A stretch of DNA of 64,000 nt from an uncultured Pseudanabaenaceae cyanobacterium (GTDB lineage Bacteria > Cyanobacteriota > Cyanobacteriia > PCC-9006 > JAAUQQ01), in contig CALLAT010000079.1 of NCBI GenBank assembly GCA_938002085.1, forward strand, positions 945 through 64,944, written 5' to 3'. Of the stretch, positions 32,748 to 42,053 are shown piece after piece. Below the pieces are notes generated by a model. It was not told the origin of the DNA, made no database searches, and worked only from the letters and a program-made list of their open reading frames with translations. Both the position numbers and the translations under genes were made by a program. The stretch's first letter is position 1; every line of letters begins with the position of its first letter.

Positions 32748-34199
32748 TCATCGGGATTGTAGGGAAGAACTCAGATGTTGCTTATACAGTTCTTGCATCA
32801 TGTCCCAGAAAGAGCGGTACCGAAAGGCTCCTGGATGTTTATTGCCGAAGTCCCATGCTTCCCATTCATTTCTAGAATCTATAATTTTGGGATTTAGAAG
32901 ATAAACATAGCCATCCTCTGCTGAACTGATCTGGAGGGCAGTCTTCATGTATCGTCCTCTTAAAAAACAGCAGTTTTGATGTTCTCCATATTGAAAATAT
33001 TTCTCATCATCAACATCGTCACCATCATCCCAACATTCTGCCCAGTCTCTATTTTCTTCAACGAACCATTCAATCCTGTCTACACCATACAATTCACAGC
33101 TTTCATTTAAGATGGCAAAACCATTAGAGGCAAGTAGAAAATTCCGATAACTAATAGGTAGATCTTCTCCTAGCCTTGACTCTAGCTCCGAAACTTCTTC
33201 CTCAGTTGCTCCCATCCAAAGACAAGACTTATTTGCATATTCTCCATCATCATAACTATCTAGATCTTCTTCTTCAAGATTCCTCAAGATAGATTCACTC
33301 CACTTCTCTAATAAATCATTCCAATCATCTATTGTTGGAATAAAATCTTGTTTGGTGGGAGTATGCTTCCTCTGGCTCACTACATCCAGAAAATTCTGAG
33401 CTTGCTCTTGGGTAAAATTAACAGTGTTTTTTAAAGCCCCTTCCGACATCCGAGTCAATACATCGGGTAGATAAGCTGCAAGAGTTAAACCCGCAGTTAC
33501 ATCTCCTGCAGATTGAAACCATTTTTGGATAAATTTATCAACTTTGTTTACATCTCCAATATTCAGGTAAGTCCGTATCCCCAAAACTAGAATATCCTGT
33601 TCTACATAGCTGAGTTGATCAATTTCCCATGCATCCAGGACATCCTCAAAAATCTTCAATAGCTCACTAGCTTCCTGCCATTTTTGATGATTAACATAAT
33701 TTTGAGAGAGCACACGATGCAAATCTCGAAAAAAGTCATTCAGCTTAAATCTGCCTTCTTCTTTGATATCAGCTCTTGGATGTGTAAGATCATGCAAGAA
33801 ATCTTCGCTCCAATCACCTGAAGGCATCGGCAAGTTGAACCAGCGGTCTATAGCAAAAATATTTTCGTATTCTTGATTTTTTCTATGGATATAGTCTCCA
33901 AGCGCATCTAATGCAATGGAATGCCCTGGAAAGAACTCAGGGCAAGGAATTTTGAGAAAATAGCATAGGGCAGGAATAATGTCTTTAATGGGATGAGCCA
34001 AGGAACTTGACTCACTAACTTTTAGCTCCCCCTTTGTTAGTTTTATAAATCCCTGGTAGGCCAGCTCAGGAAAACCTGCTAGCAAGAGAATTGTGCTAGC
34101 TTCTAGCAAGAAGGGGGATGCTTCGTCAGGAGGTAGCGTTTGTATACTATGTCCTAAAGCAGATAGATGCTCGAAACCTATTAATTGTGTCTCTTTCAC
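32748..34199 (-). CDS. SMI1/KNR4 (SUKH-1) domain protein with a long helical N-terminal extension
   Basis: The C-terminal ~140 aa (EEVSELESRLGEDLPISYRNFLLASNGFAILNESCELYG...YVYLLNP) match the SUKH/SMI1_KNR4 pattern. It has a GTG start. The gene lies in a low-GC, HIP1-free segment. Confidence 0.8.
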   Translation of the reverse strand: MKETQLIGFEHLSALGHSIQTLPPDEASPFLLEASTILLLAGFPELAYQGFIKLTKGELKVSESSSLAHPIKDIIPALCYFLKIPCPEFFPGHSIALDALGDYIHRKNQEYENIFAIDRWFNLPMPSGDWSEDFLHDLTHPRADIKEEGRFKLNDFFRDLHRVLSQNYVNHQKWQEASELLKIFEDVLDAWEIDQLSYVEQDILVLGIRTYLNIGDVNKVDKFIQKWFQSAGDVTAGLTLAAYLPDVLTRMSEGALKNTVNFTQEQAQNFLDVVSQRKHTPTKQDFIPTIDDWNDLLEKWSESILRNLEEEDLDSYDDGEYANKSCLWMGATEEEVSELESRLGEDLPISYRNFLLASNGFAILNESCELYGVDRIEWFVEENRDWAECWDDGDDVDDEKYFQYGEHQNCCFLRGRYMKTALQISSAEDGYVYLLNPKIIDSRNEWEAWDFGNKHPGAFRYRSFWDMMQELYKQHLSSSLQSR

Positions 34200-34523
34200 T
34201 ATTTACCTCAACAATTAGAGCACTGTTCAAACTGACGATGAATTAGCCTATCCACCTCAAAATGCTATGCCGACTCAGTTCCACACAATATTTTATGTGT
34301 AAATTTTCATACTCACCTTGTTCGGCTTATCTCTCTAAATCGTCACGTTAGACCCGCTGAAATGAAGCATCCTAGAAGCATGGGACTGAAAGCCACTCTA
34401 TGACTTCTGTGATCGCCATTACTCCATTCACCCCAAGATACTTAAATTCAAGTTTAGGCTGCCCACTGGTGTTTGGGGTGCGATCCCCCCTCCCTGCCAT
34501 CACGCGATACATATCACTGCAAC

Positions 34524-35861
34524 CTAAGCCACCGCACGACTGGCTGCCATCGGTGCAGGCTGATAGCGCACATGCTTTTGCAACACCGCCAGCACCTTCT
34601 CCGGCACCACTGGCTTACCCATAAAATCATTAGCCCCCACCATCTTGGCCCGCACACGATCCACCACACCGTCATTGCCTGTCAAAATCGCAACAGGTGT
34701 CTCTTTCAATGCTGAAACACGACGAATTTGACTGCAAAGCTCGTAGCCATTAATCACCGGCATAATCAAATCCAAGAAAATGAAATCCGGCTTACGACGC
34801 ATCAACGTCGACAAGGCCTGAATCGGATCTTGAATACTCAACACCTGATAGCCCAGCGGCACCAATACCTGTTCCAGGATGTAGCCCACCTGGGGACTGT
34901 CATCAATACAAACAATCAGGGGACCCTCCGGTGACGGAGCCTGATTCATCATCGGTGTCTCAGCCTCTGAAGAATCGCGCCAGATCTCTTCCATGCTGGC
35001 GGAACTATCCGCTGGTTCAGCGACTGCATCCAGGGGGGGAGCAGGCATGGCAGCCCGGCGATCGCTACTTCGGCGATCGTTCCCCATAGACTTCGGCACC
35101 GGAGCCGGAAAGTCGGCAATGGGCTGAAAGGCCAAGACATTCTTTTCCACATAGGGACGTAGAAAGAGCGCTAGGTCTGTCAGAGACTGACGCTTGATCA
35201 TGGCAATATCCCGCAGCGCCGATTTCCCCGTCAGGGAACTCACTAACGTGACGTACATCTGGGGTGAGCAATGCTTCTTCAACACATCGTGGGAGGTAAT
35301 CACCGGGGCAAAGTTCGGCGAATAGTCCCCCAATCCCCCCAGCTGCCAAGCCTTGAGCTGCTGCCGCGCCTGGCTCATAAAGTCATCCGGCGTGCCCAGA
35401 ATCGTCACCGGAGAATCATCAATATTTCGCTGGCTGACATTGCAACCCATCTCCGTGATGTAAGCCGAAGCTTGGAGTACATCAAACAAAACTTCCGTGA
35501 TATTCGTTTCAATCGCGCGCTGCACATCTTCACGCTTGAGACGATTGCGCTTGAGCAGCACGCTGAGGACCAAATGCTCCCACTGGGCTGGCAACTCCTT
35601 TTCCCGCATCTGGATACTGGCAGGGGAAATGCCCAATTGCCGCAGCACGCGATGCCAGCGGCGAAAGCGATGCTCACCGCCCGAAGCCCAGACAATGCGC
35701 CCTAGTTGGAAATAGAGATCCCACTGCTGACCCGATTGGGTCACCAGATTGAGGCGTCCGTTAATCTCGGACTGGATGACCTGCTGAACAATGCCCGTGA
35801 GCTGCAGCGGATTGGTGCCAGGATTAAGCGGATATACCGTCTCTGTAGAGGCGCTAGTCAT
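34524..35861 (-). CDS. PatA-type response regulator (N-terminal PATAN domain, C-terminal receiver)
   Basis: PATAN-like N-terminus (GRLNLVTQSGQQWDLYFQLGRIVWASGGEHRFRRWHR) and a C-terminal REC domain (LIVCIDDSP...PDFIFLDLIMPVINGYELC...PVAILTGNDG...K). The start is ambiguous between 35861 (ATG), 35918 (ATG) and 35924 (GTG). Confidence 0.85.
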   Translation of the reverse strand: MTSASTETVYPLNPGTNPLQLTGIVQQVIQSEINGRLNLVTQSGQQWDLYFQLGRIVWASGGEHRFRRWHRVLRQLGISPASIQMREKELPAQWEHLVLSVLLKRNRLKREDVQRAIETNITEVLFDVLQASAYITEMGCNVSQRNIDDSPVTILGTPDDFMSQARQQLKAWQLGGLGDYSPNFAPVITSHDVLKKHCSPQMYVTLVSSLTGKSALRDIAMIKRQSLTDLALFLRPYVEKNVLAFQPIADFPAPVPKSMGNDRRSSDRRAAMPAPPLDAVAEPADSSASMEEIWRDSSEAETPMMNQAPSPEGPLIVCIDDSPQVGYILEQVLVPLGYQVLSIQDPIQALSTLMRRKPDFIFLDLIMPVINGYELCSQIRRVSALKETPVAILTGNDGVVDRVRAKMVGANDFMGKPVVPEKVLAVLQKHVRYQPAPMAASRAVA

Positions 35862-36087
35862 AAAGCAGCACGATAGATGCGAAGGGTGACGCCAGCGGGC
35901 AAAGCGCTGGGGGGTCATAACCACCCCTGAGGGGACTCAACCCTGAGGGGTGGCTATCCTTCTTCTAAGGTGCCCGCTAAAAACAAGGGCTCAACACCGT
36001 GGAATAGCGGGTTTTAATTTAGGCTGGGCTTCGTAAATCTAGCCAGCGAGTCCATTGACGGCCTATCGAGAAGCCCCAACGAGGGTT

Positions 36088-38055
36088 CTATACCTCGTCA
36101 CACCAGGCATAGATCTGGTCTACCAGCCAGGTGCCTTCCTGCCAACTCAAGCTCGTACTAATGGGAATCTCACCCTGCTGAGTTTGAACAATCAGGGTTC
36201 GGCGGTTGCTTTGCAGCCCCCCAAACCCCTCGCGGTTTAGCCATGGGCCAAAGTCCGTCGTTCTTCGACGAGGCTCTCGGTCATCACGGAGGCGACGCTG
36301 ACCGATCCCCGTTTCCCCCTCGCGAACTTGACTGCTTCTAGCAGAAGATTCCACCGTATGAAAAACCTGGCGCAGGGAACCACTGGCCCGACGACGGCCC
36401 CAGCGCAATAGATATCCTCCCAATTGCTTGCCTAAGCTGAAGCGAATATCACGGCCTCGACGCTCAAAACGCAACACCTGGGGCGTGGCTAGAAACATTC
36501 CCAGCAGGGTAAAGAGTAAGCAAAACGGTAGGGTCACGGAACTCGCTAGCAAGGCCCAAATGCTAAAGCCCACTCCCAGAACTGCAAAGACGTAACCCAG
36601 TTCTTCGCCTGGCATTTCTACTAGCAGGAGATCGGGCGATCGCTTCAGCCGCAACCGAGCGCTGGCGGGTGCAAGGGCATCGGACGGAGGGCGCTCTAGC
36701 GATCCAATGGGATTCACAGCCTGGGGATTCACCATGGACTCTCTGGAAATCAGCGGCGACATTCCAGGAGAGGATTGGACCACCAGCGGCCCATCAGCAA
36801 CGGGTGGAACTGACTGAATTGGACCGGCAGGATAGGGCTCAGTGGATGGCGGCACAAGGAAATCACGATGCTGACGGCTCGGCCCATTCGGCAGCTGAGT
36901 ACTGGAGTCCTGGCGAACTACTGGACCTTGGGCCTGATTAGGCTGATAGCGAGGAAACGCCGAGCCTGGCAGTTGTTGCAATGCCGCCAGAGCAGCCCGA
37001 GCCGAAGGGGTGCGACGCTGCACATCGGGCTCTAGCAAATGTTGCAGCCACCGACAGAAGCTGGGACTAATATCAGCGCCCATGGCCGCCTCAAACTGTA
37101 GGCGCAGGTTCTCTTGGGGTAGGTCCGCTGGGGCAATGCCCGTGAGTAAATGCACCAGTGTGGCACCCAAGGCATATAGATCTGAAGCGGGAACACTGCG
37201 GCCGCCAAATTGCTCCAGGGGGGCATAGCCATAGGTGCCCACCACGGTAAAGCTAGACCCCAAAGAAGCCTTTGCCACATAGTCTTGCACCGCCCCCAAA
37301 TCAATCAAATAGATCTGCTGATCATCCCCCCAGATCACATTGCTGGGCTTAATATCGCGGTGGAGAATGGGCGGAGATTGTCCATGGAGGTAGATCAAAA
37401 TCTCCAGCAGCTCCCCGGCCCATTGGCGCAGCTGGGCTTCCGTTAACTGCGTTCCCCCCTCGGCCAGAAGCTGATCGAGACTCTGACCCGGAATATCATC
37501 CTGAACCAGACCAAACCACAGCAATCGATCTTCCACAGAGAAGCTATCGCGATAGCGGGGCAGAGCAGGATGACTCAGCCCTTTTAAGACCGCCGCTTCC
37601 CGCTCAAAGAGTTTGACCTGGCCCCAGTCAATCTCATCGGAGAAAGCTAGCAGTTTCACAATCACCGTTTCAGCTGCTTCGGCATTGGAGGCTGTATCTG
37701 AGCCAGACCCAGGTTCTGAAGCTGCCTGGCCCAGATCATCAGCCTGCCCCGCAAGATCAGATGTAGCCACCCCAGTCGCTGACAGCTCCCCCGAATCCCA
37801 AGGGTCATCTGCTAGCAAGCGTTCCGGTCGATCCTTCGTAATGGGCCTGGAGGCAGCAACAGCTTGAGTCCCTGAACCAGCGTTGCCCCTGTCGCGCTTC
37901 AAGTCACCGTTCAGAGCACATTTCAAATCGAGGGCGCGCCAAGTCTGCCGCCCTGGACGGCGGCCCAGCCGTTCCACTAACCGATATTGATCACAGAGAA
38001 TCTGACCAGATTGCAGCATTGAGATGGGGGAGGGGGGCATCGAGACAGGATTCAT
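36088..38055 (-). CDS. Ser/Thr protein kinase with a C-terminal transmembrane region
   Basis: Hanks-type motifs: VIVKLL (beta3 Lys), FEREAAVL, LHRDIKPSNV, IDLGAV (DFG-like), GTYGYAPLEQ. Two or more hydrophobic helices lie near aa 500-545. Confidence 0.9.
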   Translation of the reverse strand: MNPVSMPPSPISMLQSGQILCDQYRLVERLGRRPGRQTWRALDLKCALNGDLKRDRGNAGSGTQAVAASRPITKDRPERLLADDPWDSGELSATGVATSDLAGQADDLGQAASEPGSGSDTASNAEAAETVIVKLLAFSDEIDWGQVKLFEREAAVLKGLSHPALPRYRDSFSVEDRLLWFGLVQDDIPGQSLDQLLAEGGTQLTEAQLRQWAGELLEILIYLHGQSPPILHRDIKPSNVIWGDDQQIYLIDLGAVQDYVAKASLGSSFTVVGTYGYAPLEQFGGRSVPASDLYALGATLVHLLTGIAPADLPQENLRLQFEAAMGADISPSFCRWLQHLLEPDVQRRTPSARAALAALQQLPGSAFPRYQPNQAQGPVVRQDSSTQLPNGPSRQHRDFLVPPSTEPYPAGPIQSVPPVADGPLVVQSSPGMSPLISRESMVNPQAVNPIGSLERPPSDALAPASARLRLKRSPDLLLVEMPGEELGYVFAVLGVGFSIWALLASSVTLPFCLLFTLLGMFLATPQVLRFERRGRDIRFSLGKQLGGYLLRWGRRRASGSLRQVFHTVESSARSSQVREGETGIGQRRLRDDREPRRRTTDFGPWLNREGFGGLQSNRRTLIVQTQQGEIPISTSLSWQEGTWLVDQIYAWCDEV

Positions 38056-38767
38056 TCCCCACCCCTATTCTGTCGGATCGTCGTCCATCCAGGATGAAAA
38101 TGACTTCAGCTCTTGCAGCAAAAGGCTTTCGAGATCGCGATCGCCAAACCCAAGGCTGCTAACCTCGCGATCGCCCCTTCCCCCACCTCATCCCGCGCCC
38201 GCACAATCCCCCTGCCCCAGGAACAAAAGCGCCACATCGTAACGAATCGATCTGTATTGTCAGCAATAGTTGCTGTCGCAAGAAACGAAAGATTCCGTTT
38301 CAAAGCGCTACATAGACTTAGAAACGATAAAAATTGATCCAAATCTTGTTCAAGCTTGGTGCAACGTTACAAAAAACGGGGTAAATATGCCCCCTAGAGC
38401 AATTGACAAACCGCGATCGCTCCTAAATCTGCCCTAACCTCCACCGAACTTGTTTACCCCCTGTAATTATTCAGATTTTGCCGACCGCTGACCTATCCCC
38501 ACCCCCCGCATATTGCAATCTCAACGGGGGTGCTACCTTTAGCTCAAGAGACCCGAAATTTACTGAAATTCTGCTTTTCTCCTGCGTAATCTTTGTCTTT
38601 GCCCTCAAGTTTTTAGGCTCCCATTCTCCTCTGTCTAAGTCGGATGGATTGATCTTCGTCAACGGCAGATTTGCAGTCCAGGACTCTCCAAGACGCGCTG
38701 CATCTCTATGTTGAAAATCGCCATCACTCCAGCCCCGCGCAAGGACCTATTCCACATTTCTAATGTC

Positions 38768-39715
38768 ATGCTTGATTTTCGCTCTTTACTTTCCCGTGCG
38801 ACCCGACCCAACCTAGCTCCATCCAACGCCTCAGCCATCTGCTATGTTCAAGCTTTGAAGCTTACCTGCCTCACCCTGGGTGGCTTAGGTATGGTGGGCT
38901 TAGGCGGCTGTAGCGTTGCCCGCAGTGGCAATCCCACCAACCTGCCCGAGGCCGTCTCCCCCCAGACGAAAGGTCAGCTAGAGGTGCGAGCCAACGGTGA
39001 AGACTTTGTCCGCGATGGCTTTACCAGCAAAGACGGCTGGAACATTACCTTCGATCATCTCTATGTGGGTCTCGCTGAGGTGACGGCACTCCAGACCGAT
39101 CCGCCCTTCGACCCTGATGGCGATACAGTCCCCCAGGTCACCGCAGCCCTGGAACAGTCCGAAGCCGTGGTGGTGGACCTGGTCAATGATGCCTCGCCTA
39201 CGACGGCCCTAGTCGCCACCTTTGACAAGGCCCAATCAGGACGCTACAACGCCTTGGGTTGGCGGGTCGTGCCAGCCCCCGGTGGCCCCAGCGCCGGACA
39301 AAGTCTCCAGCTTGTCGGCCAAGCGAGTAAAGACAGTGAGACCCTAGAGTTCTCGCTGGATTGGGATCAAAGCTATCAATATCTCTGCGGTGATTTTATT
39401 GGCGATCAGCGCAAAGGCATTCTTAAGCAAGGCGATCGCACCGACTTAGAAGCCACCTTCCACTTTGACCATCTGTTTGGGGATGGTGAGGCCCCTCCTG
39501 AAGATGCGATCAACCAAGATGCCCTGGGCTTTGCTCCCCTGGCAGCGCTGGCTGATCAAGGTAACGTCACCCTCAATCGCAGTGAGCTGCAAGCCCAGCT
39601 CAGTCCGGAAGACTTCACCCAGCTAGAAACGGCCATCGCCGGGCTGGCCCATGTGGGCGAAGGCCATTGCCAACAGGTCACGGCGATCGCGCCAACTCCG
39701 GAGGTCCAACCATGA
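38768..39715 (+). CDS. periplasmic lipoprotein, candidate accessory component of the Ni/Co ECF transporter (NikK-like?)
   Basis: From the ATG at 38768 the N-terminus ends in a lipobox, LGGLGMVGLGGCS. Its stop overlaps the next start (ATGA at 39712-39715). The function is inferred from operon position only. Confidence 0.6.
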   Translation: MLDFRSLLSRATRPNLAPSNASAICYVQALKLTCLTLGGLGMVGLGGCSVARSGNPTNLPEAVSPQTKGQLEVRANGEDFVRDGFTSKDGWNITFDHLYVGLAEVTALQTDPPFDPDGDTVPQVTAALEQSEAVVVDLVNDASPTTALVATFDKAQSGRYNALGWRVVPAPGGPSAGQSLQLVGQASKDSETLEFSLDWDQSYQYLCGDFIGDQRKGILKQGDRTDLEATFHFDHLFGDGEAPPEDAINQDALGFAPLAALADQGNVTLNRSELQAQLSPEDFTQLETAIAGLAHVGEGHCQQVTAIAPTPEVQP

Positions 39716-40218
39716 GACCGACCCAAGCTGCCCATGGCATCGGCATTGGGCTCAGCAGCCTAGGCCTCTGGAGCAGTCTCCTGGGCCTGCCTGCCCAGGG
39801 CCACGGCACCCAGATTGACTATCAGGTCACCCCCAGCGTGAACGTTGTGGCTCAATACGAAAGCGGCGACGCCATGGCCCAAGCCCAGGTCGCGGTCTTC
39901 GCACCGGACAATCCCCAAACGCCTTGGCAAACGGGCCTCACCGATGCGGCAGGCCGCTTCCAATTCAGTCCCGCTCCGAGCCAAAGCGGCAACTGGGAAG
40001 TCCAGGTTCGCCAGGCTGGCCATGGCAGCCTGATCACCATTCCCATTGCTGCCAACGGCTCAGTGGAGCCTCTCCCTCAAAGTGGCCTCAGCCCAGTCCA
40101 TAAATTGCTCATGATGGGCTTGGGGCTCTGGGGATTGCTGGGCACAGGGCTCTATTTTTCCAATCGCCCCAGGGCTCAGCCCCAGCCCAATCCAGAGCCA
40201 ACGACGGTCAAGGCATAG
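39712..40218 (+). CDS. small bitopic protein with a transthyretin/carboxypeptidase-regulatory-like beta-sandwich (NikL-like accessory component?)
   Basis: A signal/TM segment (GIGIGLSSLGLWSSLLGLPAQG), then a beta-rich segment (VAVFAPDNPQTPWQTGLTDAAGRFQFSPAPSQSGNWEVQVRQAGHG), then a C-terminal TM (LLMMGLGLWGLLGTGLYF). GGAGGT lies 8 nt upstream of the ATG. Confidence 0.6.
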   Translation: MRPTQAAHGIGIGLSSLGLWSSLLGLPAQGHGTQIDYQVTPSVNVVAQYESGDAMAQAQVAVFAPDNPQTPWQTGLTDAAGRFQFSPAPSQSGNWEVQVRQAGHGSLITIPIAANGSVEPLPQSGLSPVHKLLMMGLGLWGLLGTGLYFSNRPRAQPQPNPEPTTVKA

Positions 40219-40357
40219 ATGCTTATACACCGGCAGCCGTTTTGTCCAAGCTTCAGTACTCCTGGCTGACTAGGACTACTCCAGGGAGCTAATCCCATCT
40301 CTAACTGTGCCGTTTTAGGGCCATTGCTCTGCTGTATCCCGCCTTCTTCTCCGCCTT

Positions 40358-41170
40358 ATGCACATCCCTGACATCCTTCCAGCACCAGTGGCGATCGCGG
40401 GCTACAGCCTCACCGGACTCACCACCTGGCTCTGCCTCAAGCGCATCGACCGCCTCCCCGATCCCCAGGCTCAGGTCCCCAAAGCCTCCCTGCTCACCGC
40501 AGCCTTCTTTGTGGCCTCCTGGATTCATATCCCCACTCCCCTGGCCAGCGTTCACTTCGTGCTCAATGGCTTACTCGGGGTGTTGCTGGGCTGGTTTGCA
40601 TTTCCGGCAATTCTGATTGGCTTACTGTTCCAAGCGGTGATGTTCCAGCATGGGGGTCTGTCCACCCTGGGAGTCAATGCGTTGGTCATGGGTATCCCTG
40701 CCCTGATCGCTCACCTCGTCTTTCAAATGGGCCGCATGGGCCTGGGGCATCGTAGGGGCGACCCCACGACGGACCAGGCCGCCCAAGCCAATGCCAGCGC
40801 TCTCCCTCGCTGGCTGCTGGGCAGTCTGGGGTTTGTGGCAGGTGCCTTGGGCCTGGGACTATCCGTTCTGGCCTTCTTCTCGGCCATGGTCATCTTCCTT
40901 CCCGCTCACTTAGATGCCGCCATGGAGCAGCGGGCGATCGCGCTCCTCTGCATTGCTCACCTCCCGGTCATCGCCTTAGAAGGGGGCTTCACCGCCATGC
41001 TTGTGTTGTTTCTACAACGGGTCAAGCCAGAGCTTTTACCCAGCCTACCCAAGCAACGCACCCAGCCAACCCAGCTCCCCAACCTGCAAACCGCCCCCAC
41101 CGTCAGCGACTTCAGGTCAACGCCTTCACCTTCAAGCCCAAGCCCCGCCTGGCAGGAGGGTAGCCGATGA
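40358..41170 (+). CDS. cbiM: ECF transporter substrate-capture component CbiM/NikM
   Basis: The N-terminal MHIPD (the metal-ligand His2 motif of CbiM/NikM) and multiple TM helices are present. It is followed by cbiQ and cbiO. Confidence 0.85.
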   Translation: MHIPDILPAPVAIAGYSLTGLTTWLCLKRIDRLPDPQAQVPKASLLTAAFFVASWIHIPTPLASVHFVLNGLLGVLLGWFAFPAILIGLLFQAVMFQHGGLSTLGVNALVMGIPALIAHLVFQMGRMGLGHRRGDPTTDQAAQANASALPRWLLGSLGFVAGALGLGLSVLAFFSAMVIFLPAHLDAAMEQRAIALLCIAHLPVIALEGGFTAMLVLFLQRVKPELLPSLPKQRTQPTQLPNLQTAPTVSDFRSTPSPSSPSPAWQEGSR

Positions 41171-41961
41171 ACATTGGTCTAGAGCAATATAGCTGTGGGA
41201 ATTCGCTGCTGCATCGTTGGAATACCAAGGATAAGCTGCTGGGACTTGGAGCCCTCATTCTTGCTTTCTCGGCGGTGCGTCAGTTAGAGATGCTGCCCGC
41301 CATGGTTGCGATTACAACCTTGTTTTTTGTGGCATCGCGATTGCCCCTCCAGCTCTGGCGCGATCGCCTGAAGCTGCCCGGTTTTTTCCTCATTTCCATG
41401 CTGCTGTGGCTGCCCTTTAACGGCGAGACCGCGATCGCCCAGCTCGGTCCCTGGTCAATCTACAGCGAAGGCCTGCAATCTCTGTTACTCCTGGGCACCC
41501 GCTTCCTCTGCATCCTCACCCTGGGGCTAGTCTTGGTGGGCACAGCTCCGTTCTTCAGCCTAGTTCGAGCCCTAAGATCCTGGGGCCTGCCCATCCTCCT
41601 GGCAGACATGATGCTGCTCTCCTATCGTTACCTTTACGAAATTGGGGGCGAGTTCAAAACCATGCGCACCGCGATGCGGCTGCGCGGCTTCCAGGGCCGT
41701 CAACTCAATCAGCGAACCCTCGCAGTTCTAGCAGGACTGGCCGGAAGCTTGCTCGTGCGCAGCTACGAAAAATCTGAGCGGGTCTACAGCGCCATGCGCT
41801 TGCGGGGCTATGGAACCCAGTCCCCGCATCCCAACCCTCGCATCCAACGGAAAAGCTCCTCTCCCACAGCTCGGCGTTGGGATGAAACTTTACTACTGGG
41901 TGTCACCCTCATGCTCTCGGTGATATTTGCACTCTCCCCATGGCTGTGGCGCGGTGGCTAG
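41167..41961 (+). CDS. cbiQ: ECF transporter T component CbiQ
   Basis: A polytopic membrane protein with the conserved ARG-containing coupling helix motifs (AMRLRGF, AMRLRGY). It has an ATGA overlap with cbiM. Confidence 0.85.
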   Translation: MNIGLEQYSCGNSLLHRWNTKDKLLGLGALILAFSAVRQLEMLPAMVAITTLFFVASRLPLQLWRDRLKLPGFFLISMLLWLPFNGETAIAQLGPWSIYSEGLQSLLLLGTRFLCILTLGLVLVGTAPFFSLVRALRSWGLPILLADMMLLSYRYLYEIGGEFKTMRTAMRLRGFQGRQLNQRTLAVLAGLAGSLLVRSYEKSERVYSAMRLRGYGTQSPHPNPRIQRKSSSPTARRWDETLLLGVTLMLSVIFALSPWLWRGG

Positions 41962-42053
41962 TGGCTCAAGCAGAAGTCCCCTAATCGCTACCCCTCCCCA
42001 GACCTGCGGACATGGCGATGCCATGTCCCTACGAGCCTCCCCTTTTAATTGCC

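Noticed and set aside
38056-38767. A possible cobalamin (B12) riboswitch or NikR operator in the ~700-bp region upstream of the Ni/Co transporter cluster.
   Set aside because: I could not find the B12-box (a GCCACTG-type core) or the conserved GGGAA/GGTG stems. I saw only generic hairpins, such as CACCCCC...GGGGGTG around 38510-38545. An Rfam scan would be decisive, but nothing in the sequence supports the call.
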